A stretch of DNA of 64,000 nucleotides from a virus (taxonomy: Duplodnaviria; Heunggongvirae; Uroviricota; Caudoviricetes): positions 1 to 64,000 of IMG/VR virus record IMGVR_UViG_3300031993_000024; one strand, written 5' to 3'. Made by a program: the position numbers and the translations under genes. This document shows, piece after piece, positions 38,280 to 46,655 of the stretch. How positions within the stretch are numbered: position 1 is the stretch's first letter; every line of letters starts with the position of its first letter. Under the pieces are notes generated by a model, which did not search any database, had not been told where the DNA came from, and was given only the letters and a program-made list of their open reading frames with translations.

Positions 38280-38753
38280 ATGGAAAAATTAAAGACTTTC
38301 AAAAGTTTTATCAATGAAGCTATTTCTGGCTGGGATAACGAAATCAATGATTATGTTGTCAAAAAAGATAGTAGAAAACGCGAACGAGGATATATATTCG
38401 TACCGAATGGTGAAGAATTATACAAGCGCGAATTTAGAGCACCTCAAATAGCTTGGGGTTTCGAAGACTACCACGTATCTTCTTGGGATAAAGTCAGACT
38501 GAGAAAAGAAGGTTACAGCGACGAACAGATTGAGCTTATAGATAAATATCTCGGTCTATGGACTTCATATCGAAGCACTTATGCTGTCGTAAGTAAGACA
38601 TCGTTAAGACAATCTGAGAAACTGACAGGAATCGCTACTCCAGACAAAGATGTCTATGTAACATACGAGGTAGGTGCTGTCGGAATATATCAGAAACGTT
38701 ACTATGACTTAGAAAAATTTGCGACCTTTGTAAAGAATCATTGTAAAAAATAA
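38280..38753 (+). CDS. hypothetical protein with CTS-like leader MEKLKTFKSFINEA
   Basis: The track ORF starts at TTG 38256, overlapping the previous gene. The ATG at 38280 begins the conserved leader. Confidence 0.65.
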   Translation: MEKLKTFKSFINEAISGWDNEINDYVVKKDSRKRERGYIFVPNGEELYKREFRAPQIAWGFEDYHVSSWDKVRLRKEGYSDEQIELIDKYLGLWTSYRSTYAVVSKTSLRQSEKLTGIATPDKDVYVTYEVGAVGIYQKRYYDLEKFATFVKNHCKK

Positions 38754-38798
38754 AAGAACAGAATTAAAACATTTTTATCTAAAAACTTGAGAAAGATT

Positions 38799-40706
38799 AT
38801 GGAACACTTAAAGACATTCAAACAATTTTATGAATCAAGGGAAGAGGACCTTGAACTGTACAATAAGGCGAAAGACGCATACTATAATGGCAACCCCATT
38901 ATGGGCGACGCTGAATTTGATGAACTCGAAAGAAAGCTTGGTCTTGAAAATCAGGGCTATATAGGTACACATCATTCTGATAATTATACCGTAAAACATC
39001 CGATAAAAATGGGAAGCCTTTCGAAAATACAGATAAAAGAAGGTTCAGACGGTCAAACCCATTTTGACTCATATATCGATACCCTTAACAAGTATTTCCA
39101 AAATGTTCCGGACGATGGAATCATTGAGGTAACTCCAAAATTCGATGGATGTTCTTTTGAGGTTGTGTTCGATGACGAAGGAAATGTTGAAGGAATATCG
39201 ACAAGAGGCGATGGTGAATACGGTACGGATGTAAGCCACTGGCTGAGTCCTTATGTAGACGAAATACCTTACAAGGAATTCCTGCAGAAAGGCAAGAAGC
39301 TCGTGGTAAGGGGAGAAGCTCTTATAAGCTTTAATGACTTTAACGCAGGCTATCAGGATAAATTCGCGAATACAAGGGCGTTTGTTGCTGGCATGTTCGG
39401 TCAGAAATGGGACGGAAAACAGGAACAGCTTGATATAAGGAAAGATTTGTCAATAGTTGTGTATGACTTCAGGCTTGTATCTCCGTCAGGCTCATATCAA
39501 TGGGTTGACTATAATACGGTTCCTGGCTATGACGTATGCGCATACAATGTGCTTACCTTTAAGAAATCAGAACTCAGTCCTATGGAATTCGCGAGGATTT
39601 ACGAAGAAATGGAGAAAGTTCGTAAGGATTACAAATTCCCTCTTGACGGTTTCGTGTTGAAACCAGAAGTGAAATACCGCAAGACGGAAGATGTTCAGCG
39701 TCCGAGCGACTGCGTCGCAATCAAATACAAACCAAGTATCCTCGAGACAGAAATCACGGAGATAGAATGGAATGTTGGAAAGACAGGAGAACTTTTCCCG
39801 AAGGCTGTGTTCAAGACAATAAAGATGGACGGAAAGAACATCAACAAGGCGTCATTGCATAACTACGGATATGTTAAGGACAATAACGTCGGAGTTGGTT
39901 CCATCATTAAGATTTCGCTTGCCGGCGATATAATTCCTTTCGTGTATGAAATCGTAAGAGACGGAGGCGACAATATGGCTCCTACCGAGAATGTGACCGT
40001 TAAAGGACCTCATCTTATGATTGACTTGTCTGCTGAAGAAAAAGTTGTCATAAAGGTAATAGCAGGCGCTGAGGCGATAAACATCAGAAATTTCAAAGAG
40101 GCGACGATACGTAAGATTATGCCTGAGTTCTTTACAAGCGAGGATGTAAAAATCGAGAATGTCCTTGACTTTATGAAAGATGAATCAATCGCTTTTATGA
40201 AGGAACGTTTCGGAACAGGGACATCGATAATGAATATCGTAAACGCTCTTACTGAAAGACGTAAGACTTTGACGCTTAATGAAATCATACTTGCCCTGCA
40301 GTTCCGTCTGTGCGGTAAGGTCGCTGCCGATGTCTGTGCCAAGTTTATCAAGGGCGACAAGTCAAATCATCTCATAGGCGTGCCTGGTGAAGTCAAGAGA
40401 TGGCTTCTTGATGAGAATTCTCAGGAATACCAGACTATTATGGGGTATGCGAATTTGTTCAAAGTTAATATGGCTCCGGAAGCGGCCGCTGCGTCGACGG
40501 CGATACCTGTGATTATGACAGGAAGTCCGAAAGAATTCGGATATGTTACCAAGGCAGCTTTCCTTGCCGCACATCCTGAATATATAGAGACATCTGACTG
40601 GAAGCAATGTAAAATCCTGTTTACGGACGATATGTCTTCGACATCCGGAAAAATGAAGAAAGCTGCCGCTCTTGGAGTTGAGGTGAAAACATACGGGGAA
40701 GCATAA
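38799..40706 (+). CDS. ligA: NAD-dependent DNA ligase (LigA-like domains Ia, NTase, OB, HhH, BRCT) preceded by CTS-like leader MEHLKTFKQFYES
   Basis: YYNGNPIMGDAEFDEL fits domain Ia. KMGSLSKI fits LigA PMLSLDNAF. TPKFDGCSF is the KxDG motif; STRGDGEYGTDVS fits ATRGDGTTGEDIT; FANTRAFVAGMFGQ fits motif IV NPRNAAAGSLRQ. LAGDIIPFVYEIV marks the OB end. HhH-like and BRCT-like regions (AIPVIMTGS...LGVEV) are present. Confidence 0.85.
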   Translation: MEHLKTFKQFYESREEDLELYNKAKDAYYNGNPIMGDAEFDELERKLGLENQGYIGTHHSDNYTVKHPIKMGSLSKIQIKEGSDGQTHFDSYIDTLNKYFQNVPDDGIIEVTPKFDGCSFEVVFDDEGNVEGISTRGDGEYGTDVSHWLSPYVDEIPYKEFLQKGKKLVVRGEALISFNDFNAGYQDKFANTRAFVAGMFGQKWDGKQEQLDIRKDLSIVVYDFRLVSPSGSYQWVDYNTVPGYDVCAYNVLTFKKSELSPMEFARIYEEMEKVRKDYKFPLDGFVLKPEVKYRKTEDVQRPSDCVAIKYKPSILETEITEIEWNVGKTGELFPKAVFKTIKMDGKNINKASLHNYGYVKDNNVGVGSIIKISLAGDIIPFVYEIVRDGGDNMAPTENVTVKGPHLMIDLSAEEKVVIKVIAGAEAINIRNFKEATIRKIMPEFFTSEDVKIENVLDFMKDESIAFMKERFGTGTSIMNIVNALTERRKTLTLNEIILALQFRLCGKVAADVCAKFIKGDKSNHLIGVPGEVKRWLLDENSQEYQTIMGYANLFKVNMAPEAAAASTAIPVIMTGSPKEFGYVTKAAFLAAHPEYIETSDWKQCKILFTDDMSSTSGKMKKAAALGVEVKTYGEA

Positions 40707-40724
40707 CATAAAATTTATAAGGAC

Positions 40725-41420
40725 ATGAAAAAATTAAAGACATATAATCAGTTCCTTAAAGAAGGAAAAGGCATACGTAAAGAATATGACAGCAGCCTTG
40801 AAAATATGATGGATGAATACGGAAGTGATTCCTATGGTTCTGTCATAACAAAAGAGGTCGAGGAACTGCAGACAATGCTGAAGGACAAAAATCTTTTGGA
40901 GCCTGTCGATAAAGTTGTGTCTGTAATGTTATACCCTGAACAAGATTGGCATCCGATATATGCGATGATACGTCTTGAAAACGGCTTGCAGTACGTAACG
41001 ACAATTATAAATGTAGCCGATAAAAGCAAACTAAGACTGATGTCTGACGAGATGTATAAGATATTGCTTGAATGGCTTCAGAATGTCATAGATGAAGACA
41101 AGAAGAAAAAATCAAGTATGAAGTCAATGCCTGAAATCAAGGATTTGCTGCCTGAATATCTGAATATCGTCAGTAGATTTGTTGAAATGTTTAATATAGG
41201 CAGAGCCAAGTATGAAGCTAAGATATATAAGACAGACTCGATTCTTATTACATATAACGGAAGATATAATGGGGTTCTCATATTCTCCAAAACTGAGTAT
41301 GCCTATAATATCGAAGTACATGCTGTTACTGGCGGATTTTATGATACTGATTATTTGTATGATGAATCCAGCAAAGTTATTAAAGATGCCGTTAATTACA
41401 TTTTAAAACAACAACTATGA
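40725..41420 (+). CDS. hypothetical protein with CTS-like leader MKKLKTYNQFLKEG
   Basis: 231-aa ORF. Confidence 0.7.
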   Translation: MKKLKTYNQFLKEGKGIRKEYDSSLENMMDEYGSDSYGSVITKEVEELQTMLKDKNLLEPVDKVVSVMLYPEQDWHPIYAMIRLENGLQYVTTIINVADKSKLRLMSDEMYKILLEWLQNVIDEDKKKKSSMKSMPEIKDLLPEYLNIVSRFVEMFNIGRAKYEAKIYKTDSILITYNGRYNGVLIFSKTEYAYNIEVHAVTGGFYDTDYLYDESSKVIKDAVNYILKQQL

Positions 41421-42136
41421 TTATGAAAATAAATGACAGAAATATGAAAGATATTCTCGGCGAGCTTAGTAAGGTCGTATCTGATGCGATAGGTCTTGAG
41501 AATATCGTTGGTTACTATACGAAGAAAACATACAGCTTCAAGTCAGATGTCCTGACGATTACTTTGTCTTATCACGAAGACCCTCAACGGGAATATTATG
41601 ATTTGAAGCAAATCAAGTCTGACGCGTATAATGCCGCTCAGAGTATATTTGGAGTATTTGCTCTGCAAGATTATAAAGAGCAAGCTGATGTTACGAAAGA
41701 TGAGATGTACGTCAATATCATCTTCAAGTTTACTGTCGACGAACTTGAAAAGGTGAAAGTCGTATATGACAGGCTTTTTACCGAGGGTAGCTCAAAGCTA
41801 CTTACTTACAGCCAGTTTATCAATGAGAGTTCTAAGAATGGTGTAGAGCTTGGTAACTATGAATTCGCGTATAGATGCGATGAAGAGGAGAATGCCGACG
41901 AGCTTATGGAAATAACTCATTATGACGAATTTGCGAATAATGACTACAGCATACAGGATGATTATTTCGGTTCTACAGTTAAAATCGTCAATACCGATGA
42001 GATGCTTCCACATTTATTCGGCAACAAGCCTGAAGAGTCAGAGATAGAATACTGTGCTTTGAATACCGTTTTGAACATAGCATTCATACTTGATAAATCT
42101 GGCTATCATTGGATTTATGAACTACTCACAAACTAA
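41417..42136 (+). CDS. hypothetical protein (no leader); its 3' end overlaps the tnpB stop by 15 nt
   Basis: 239-aa ORF; the last codons may be IS-derived. Confidence 0.55.
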   Translation: MIMKINDRNMKDILGELSKVVSDAIGLENIVGYYTKKTYSFKSDVLTITLSYHEDPQREYYDLKQIKSDAYNAAQSIFGVFALQDYKEQADVTKDEMYVNIIFKFTVDELEKVKVVYDRLFTEGSSKLLTYSQFINESSKNGVELGNYEFAYRCDEEENADELMEITHYDEFANNDYSIQDDYFGSTVKIVNTDEMLPHLFGNKPEESEIEYCALNTVLNIAFILDKSGYHWIYELLTN

Positions 42137-43318
42137 AGATTTGTGGGCTTCAGGCTTCGCAGACAATTGCTTGCAAGCAAGTCTTACATCGTCTCCACCT
42201 GTGTAATCGACAGTCCCTGCCGATAGAGTTGTTAATCCTTCTCTAAGGATATTGATAGCAGCATTTAAGTCCCTATTGTGGTGTTTACCACATTTAGGAC
42301 AAGTCCATTCTCGTACACACAAGTCTTTGATAGATTGATTGATATATCCACAGTCACTACAAGTCTGTGAGCTTGGAAAATATCTGTTAATCTTCACTAA
42401 AGTCTTGTCTTCCCTTTCACACTTGTATTCAAGATAGTTTACGAATGTTCCCCAACTGACATCAGCAATATGCTTTGCAAGTTTATGGTTCTTAATCATT
42501 CCTTTTACGTTAAGGTTCTCACAACAGATTATGTCATAGTTTCTGACAAGTTCTGTTGATACCTTGTGTAATACATCATTTCTTGAATTTGAAATTTTCT
42601 TATGAATCTTGACAACTTTTCTTCTTTGGTTTTCAAAAGAACGGCTGTCTTTTTGCTTACGAGAAAGATGCCTCTGTGCTTTACTTAATTTTCTTTCATA
42701 TTTCTTTGTATATCTATGATTTTTGTAAACTTTTCCATCTGACGTAATAACAAAGTCTTTTAATCCTAAATCAATTCCGACAGATTTATTAGATTTTTGT
42801 ATTGGTTCATATAACTGTTCTGTAAGAATAGCAACATAATATTTTCCATCGCAATCTTTAGATACTGTCATAGAACGTACATTCCCTGATATTTCTTGAT
42901 GTTTCTTTATTTTTATATTAGACTTGAATTTTGGTAATGATATAGAATTGCCAACAACAGAACAAAATTGTGGCACTACAAAAGAGTTTCTGTCTTTCCT
43001 TGATTTGAATCTTGGAAACTTCGCATTTCCTCTAAAGAAGTTAAGATATGCAGATTCAAGATGTCTCAAACTATGTTGTAAGGTTTGACTGTTAATCTCA
43101 TTTAACCAGACAAATTCTTCATGCTTCTTTAATAGAGTTAGTTTCTTAGCTTGGTCATAGTAATTATCAGACTTTTGTGTAGCTTTATATTGCTCCATAC
43201 GTTCGTTGAGAAAATAATTATAGACGAAGCGAGTGCATCCAAAATACTTACCTAACAACTCTACTTGTTCCGTATTTGGATACATTCTAAACTTATATGT
43301 CTTATAAATCGTTTTCAC
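42122..43318 (-). CDS. tnpB: TnpB (IS605 OrfB-family RNA-guided nuclease)
   Basis: HTH-like N-terminus, RuvC-I SVGIDLGLKDFV, zinc finger CSDCG...CPKCG, and RuvC-III NRDLNAAINIL. 398 aa. Confidence 0.95.
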   Translation of the reverse strand: MKTIYKTYKFRMYPNTEQVELLGKYFGCTRFVYNYFLNERMEQYKATQKSDNYYDQAKKLTLLKKHEEFVWLNEINSQTLQHSLRHLESAYLNFFRGNAKFPRFKSRKDRNSFVVPQFCSVVGNSISLPKFKSNIKIKKHQEISGNVRSMTVSKDCDGKYYVAILTEQLYEPIQKSNKSVGIDLGLKDFVITSDGKVYKNHRYTKKYERKLSKAQRHLSRKQKDSRSFENQRRKVVKIHKKISNSRNDVLHKVSTELVRNYDIICCENLNVKGMIKNHKLAKHIADVSWGTFVNYLEYKCEREDKTLVKINRYFPSSQTCSDCGYINQSIKDLCVREWTCPKCGKHHNRDLNAAINILREGLTTLSAGTVDYTGGDDVRLACKQLSAKPEAHKSLVCE

Positions 43319-43469
43319 AGTAACTATAACTTTCTATATTTATAAATTTACAAAAAACTTTTATTTTTGTAAAATTATTCTAAATAATTATACTTCAAAA
43401 AACAGGCACAAATATTACTTGAGATGTCATTTAATATTTGTTTGTAAATACAGAAAACAATTATTACAA

Positions 43470-43726
43470 TACAGACCGGATATAGTCGTAAAACAATTGT
43501 TTCAAAAATTTTACAAACTTCTGATTTCGATATTGATGTTATGGAGATAGACAAAGGCAATATACATCTTCTTATATCATATCCACCAAATATTTCAGTC
43601 ACTTCGATTGTAAGAAAACTCAAACAAGATAGTGTCCATTATCTGTGTTTGAATTATTACAACTTTCTTAAAAAAGAATTTTGGAAAGAACATACATTTT
43701 GGAGTGATGGATACTTTGTTCTATAG
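43470..43726 (+). pseudogene. tnpA: TnpA (IS200 Y1 transposase) remnant lacking its N-terminal ~60 aa
   Basis: FDIDVMEIDKGNIHLLISYPPNISVTSIVRKLKQDSVHYL...FWSDGYFV matches the TnpA C-terminal half. The HUH motif is degenerate (NIH); the catalytic Tyr is present. The frame opens only at 43448. Confidence 0.7.
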
Positions 43727-43768
43727 GTAAAGCAAATCAAGATACTATTAGAAAATATATAAAGAATC

Positions 43769-43911
43769 TGGGAAAAAGAAGTGTGTATGGAAGTAGATGT
43801 CGACATAAAAAATCTGAAAACTAATGAAGGTACGGTAATGAGGTATTACGCATAATTTTTTTAGGAATTTTCAAAAAAAATAAATATATAAGAAAAACTT
43901 ATAATAACAAA
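43769..43911 (+). repeat. 142-bp direct repeat of 23634-23775 (gp25-like 3' end plus downstream promoter region), ~96% identical
   Basis: Within the 84-nt coding part there are 4 differences, all synonymous third positions. In the non-coding part there is a single 1-nt indel. The copy's reading frame is closed 3 codons upstream. Confidence 0.85.
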
Positions 43912-43985
43912 GGTTAGTACGATTCATTCCAAAGGCTAAAGACCTTAGGATTTTCTTGCTAAAAATTATATAAAACTGATTACTT

Positions 43986-44702
43986 ATGGGAAAGTTAATG
44001 ACATATAAGCAGTTCATGGAGAATAAAACCATGAAACAAGTTAACGAAGGAGCAGGTGCAGGATATACCATAGAAGGCATTATACGAAATATCAATCTTG
44101 GAGAAAATGCGAAATTCAAGAAAGTAAATGATGATACTTTCATTATAAATGGTGACATCACCTGCAATGTCGAAGTCACTAAGGCTGCATCTTACGAATA
44201 TGGCGGAGATGATAAGATATTTAACGAATATAATGCTGCCGCCAAAATTTCGAATCTGGAAATCCAGGTATATGATATGGACAAGGGCAGTAAAGAAGAG
44301 ATAAAAGAAGACCTTAAACAGGCTGAGTTCAAATTCAAATGCCTTTACGGTGCAGGTTGGGTACATAGCAAGTTTGGAGGCGACTTAAAACTTAGCGATG
44401 TCGATACTAACGACTGGTCTAATTCGCAAATCATAAACGGCGAACTGCAGATAGAAGATGAGAAGCTTTGTAATTTTGTCGATAGAGTGGTACGTGGTGA
44501 TAATACATACACCGCATATACGATAAGATGTAACGGAGACCTTATTGAACAGGAATTCAAGACTGAGAAAGAAGCAATCGAATATGCTAAGAAGAACCTT
44601 GAACCTGGAGAGAATATCTGTAAGATACTTATGGATACCGATTATGAGGACATAGAAGGTGAAATAATCAGCAGAGATTCTAATATAGTGTACGAATTCT
44701 AA
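43986..44702 (+). CDS. hypothetical protein with CTS-like leader MGKLMTYKQFMENK
   Basis: 238-aa ORF preceded by ATTATATAAAA. Confidence 0.7.
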   Translation: MGKLMTYKQFMENKTMKQVNEGAGAGYTIEGIIRNINLGENAKFKKVNDDTFIINGDITCNVEVTKAASYEYGGDDKIFNEYNAAAKISNLEIQVYDMDKGSKEEIKEDLKQAEFKFKCLYGAGWVHSKFGGDLKLSDVDTNDWSNSQIINGELQIEDEKLCNFVDRVVRGDNTYTAYTIRCNGDLIEQEFKTEKEAIEYAKKNLEPGENICKILMDTDYEDIEGEIISRDSNIVYEF

Positions 44703-44727
44703 ATTCCATACTGTATATGAACGGAAG

Positions 44728-44760
44728 GCGTCAGGATTAAATTCTTGACGCTTTCTTTTT
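44728..44760 (+). terminator. rho-independent terminator
   Basis: GGCGTCAGG-attaaatt-CTTGACGC followed by TTTCTTTTT. Confidence 0.55.
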
Positions 44761-44765
44761 CTAAC

Positions 44766-44780
44766 GTTGTTTTTTATATA
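44766..44780 (+). promoter_or_regulatory. GTTGTTTTTTATATA motif (copy 6)
   Basis: Exact motif 21 nt upstream of the ATG at 44801. Confidence 0.4.
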
Positions 44781-44800
44781 AAACTAAAATAGAATATTTA

Positions 44801-45862
44801 ATGAGTAAAGTTTGGATACTTGGAGACACTCATCTTGGATACAAGAATGATGATGAAAGGCATTTACAGAAAATGACGGAATATCTTGAAGCCGTCATAG
44901 ACAAGATTAACAATGAATCTTCTGAAGGAGACATATTTGTCCAGCTTGGCGATTTGCTTGACAGGAGAATGAACGTCGGTACAATCGTGTTGGAAACCGT
45001 CATCAGGCTTTTTAAGAAACTAAAAGTTGACACATATATCATTGTCGGGAATCATGACACCAGGAAAAATGACGAGCACGACATCATATCTACGTCTTTT
45101 CTTGAATACGTCTCACCTAAGATACATATTATAAGAGACATTACGGAAATGAGCATTAGCGGCAAAAAGGCCTTATTCGTGCCGTATTATACTCCAGATG
45201 TCGCGAAAGAGAAACTGCAGAGCTATGAAGGTTCATTCGATTATATGTTTTCACATCTTGATTTCTGCGGTCTGAAAATGAACAAGTATTCAGTATCTGA
45301 CACAAAGCTTATGAAAGAGGATGCGAAAGCTGGTATCATATTCAACGGACATATACACCTTTTCCAAAAGAAAGACAATATAATAAATGTCGGCTCCGCA
45401 TACGAGCTTACCGCTGCGGATGAAGGGAATTCGAAAAACCTTTTGATGCTTGACACTTCGACAAACAAAGTGGCTGCATTCAAAAATAATATGTCGCCGA
45501 GGTTTATAACTGTTCCTTACAACGACATCCAGAACATAAGCAAGTCTGTCCTTGCGAATAACAACATTATTCTTGAGGTCAAATGTTCGGAGATGACTAA
45601 GACCGACCCGCGCCTGATAGCGGAAGTAAACAAAGAAGCTTACAGTATGAGAACTGTCATTACAGGTGGAAAGGTCGTACTCGACAGCGAAAGCGGGAAT
45701 ACAGATACAGATTCCGAAACCATGACCATAGGAAACCAGAATTTTGATGACAAGGTAGACGCTTATATGGCAAACCTTATTGAACAAGACCTGTATTCAA
45801 AACAGGATGTTGAGGTTATAGGCAAGATATTTAAGAAAGTCTATAGCAATGTCGCACATTAG
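44801..45862 (+). CDS. SbcD/Mre11-family recombination nuclease subunit (T4 gp47-like calcineurin-type phosphoesterase)
   Basis: KVWILGDTHLGYK matches gp47 KILNLGDWHLGVK. VQLGDLLDRR...YIIVGNHD matches IQYGDIFDVR...HTIVGNHD. An acidic Ser/Asp-rich region near the C-terminus also matches gp47. Confidence 0.7.
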   Translation: MSKVWILGDTHLGYKNDDERHLQKMTEYLEAVIDKINNESSEGDIFVQLGDLLDRRMNVGTIVLETVIRLFKKLKVDTYIIVGNHDTRKNDEHDIISTSFLEYVSPKIHIIRDITEMSISGKKALFVPYYTPDVAKEKLQSYEGSFDYMFSHLDFCGLKMNKYSVSDTKLMKEDAKAGIIFNGHIHLFQKKDNIINVGSAYELTAADEGNSKNLLMLDTSTNKVAAFKNNMSPRFITVPYNDIQNISKSVLANNNIILEVKCSEMTKTDPRLIAEVNKEAYSMRTVITGGKVVLDSESGNTDTDSETMTIGNQNFDDKVDAYMANLIEQDLYSKQDVEVIGKIFKKVYSNVAH

Positions 45863-46533
45863 ACCTTTATTTTTTTCTTCATGGAATTTGGACCGATAGG
45901 CATGAAAGGTACGCCTGTTGGTCCTTGAGTCGTACCATGGGTATGCTTATTGAAAATATCCATCACTTCATTCGCGGTTATAAGCCTTTCACTTCCGCCG
46001 TTTATGACAACGTTATCCGAATTGATGAGGAGCTTCTTTGAATTTATCTCAATACTGCTTTTATCCATTTTTATGAATGACTTCCCTATTTCTATGGAAA
46101 GGTCTCCATCATTGGACAACACTATCCTTTTGCCGTCCTTACAGGAAGATTCTATAACAAGTCCGGTTTCGTCCGTGTAATAGATTCCAACTGTTGTTCC
46201 TGATTTCAGTTTACGGTACAGTAGCACGTTCGCATCGAGGTAATTCTTATTCTCAAGAAGGTCGGTCTTGACATCTTTATCGACTTTAAGCATACTCTCA
46301 TAGAGATACGTATATTCATTCACTTTATATAATATAACGACATCTCCGACATCAGGAATCGAGAAAGACGACTTATCATTACCTATGAGCCTGACGCACC
46401 ATGGCAGACTGTCGTCATTTATAATATAATCGCCAGATTTATCCTTTTCTTCTTGCTTTGAAAAGATACGACATTTTATTTTTCCTTCATATTCTGGGTC
46501 GAAATTATCGACAACTTTACCTAAAAGTCTCAT
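45859..46533 (-). CDS. possible baseplate spike/hub OB-fold protein (gpV/gp5-like)
   Basis: C-terminal ...VINGGSERLITANEVMDIFNKHTHGTTQGPTGVPFMPIG is reminiscent of spike proteins. It is the only minus-strand gene in the region and overlaps the gp47-like stop by 4 nt. Confidence 0.4.
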   Translation of the reverse strand: MRLLGKVVDNFDPEYEGKIKCRIFSKQEEKDKSGDYIINDDSLPWCVRLIGNDKSSFSIPDVGDVVILYKVNEYTYLYESMLKVDKDVKTDLLENKNYLDANVLLYRKLKSGTTVGIYYTDETGLVIESSCKDGKRIVLSNDGDLSIEIGKSFIKMDKSSIEINSKKLLINSDNVVINGGSERLITANEVMDIFNKHTHGTTQGPTGVPFMPIGPNSMKKKIKV

Positions 46534-46621
46534 TTCTCTACTATTTTTATATATTTATAAATGATTGAAAATCAGGGCTTGAGAAAAAAATTTTCAAAAA
46601 AATTGAAAATTTTTAACAGTT

Positions 46622-46655
46622 TTTGTTAAAAATTAAAAATAATGTGTTATATTTG
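46622..46655 (+). promoter_or_regulatory. Bacteroidota sigma-A-type promoter (TTTG-N22-TATATTTG) embedded in the inverted repeat TTTTTAACA/TGTTAAAAA
   Basis: TTTG at 46622-46625 and TATATTTG at 46648-46655. The same architecture recurs at 57594-57627. Confidence 0.45.

Larger units (their letters stand above)
42100..43768. mobile_element. IS200/IS605-family insertion sequence (divergent tnpB and truncated tnpA), apparently defective for autonomous transposition
   Basis: Intact TnpB and a 5'-truncated TnpA Y1-transposase remnant. Ends are estimated only. Confidence 0.7.

Noticed and set aside
43448-43726. Intact tnpA gene
   Set aside because: The frame is closed at 43445-43447 and the product lacks the ~60 N-terminal residues and the first His of the HUH motif. 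It is called a remnant.
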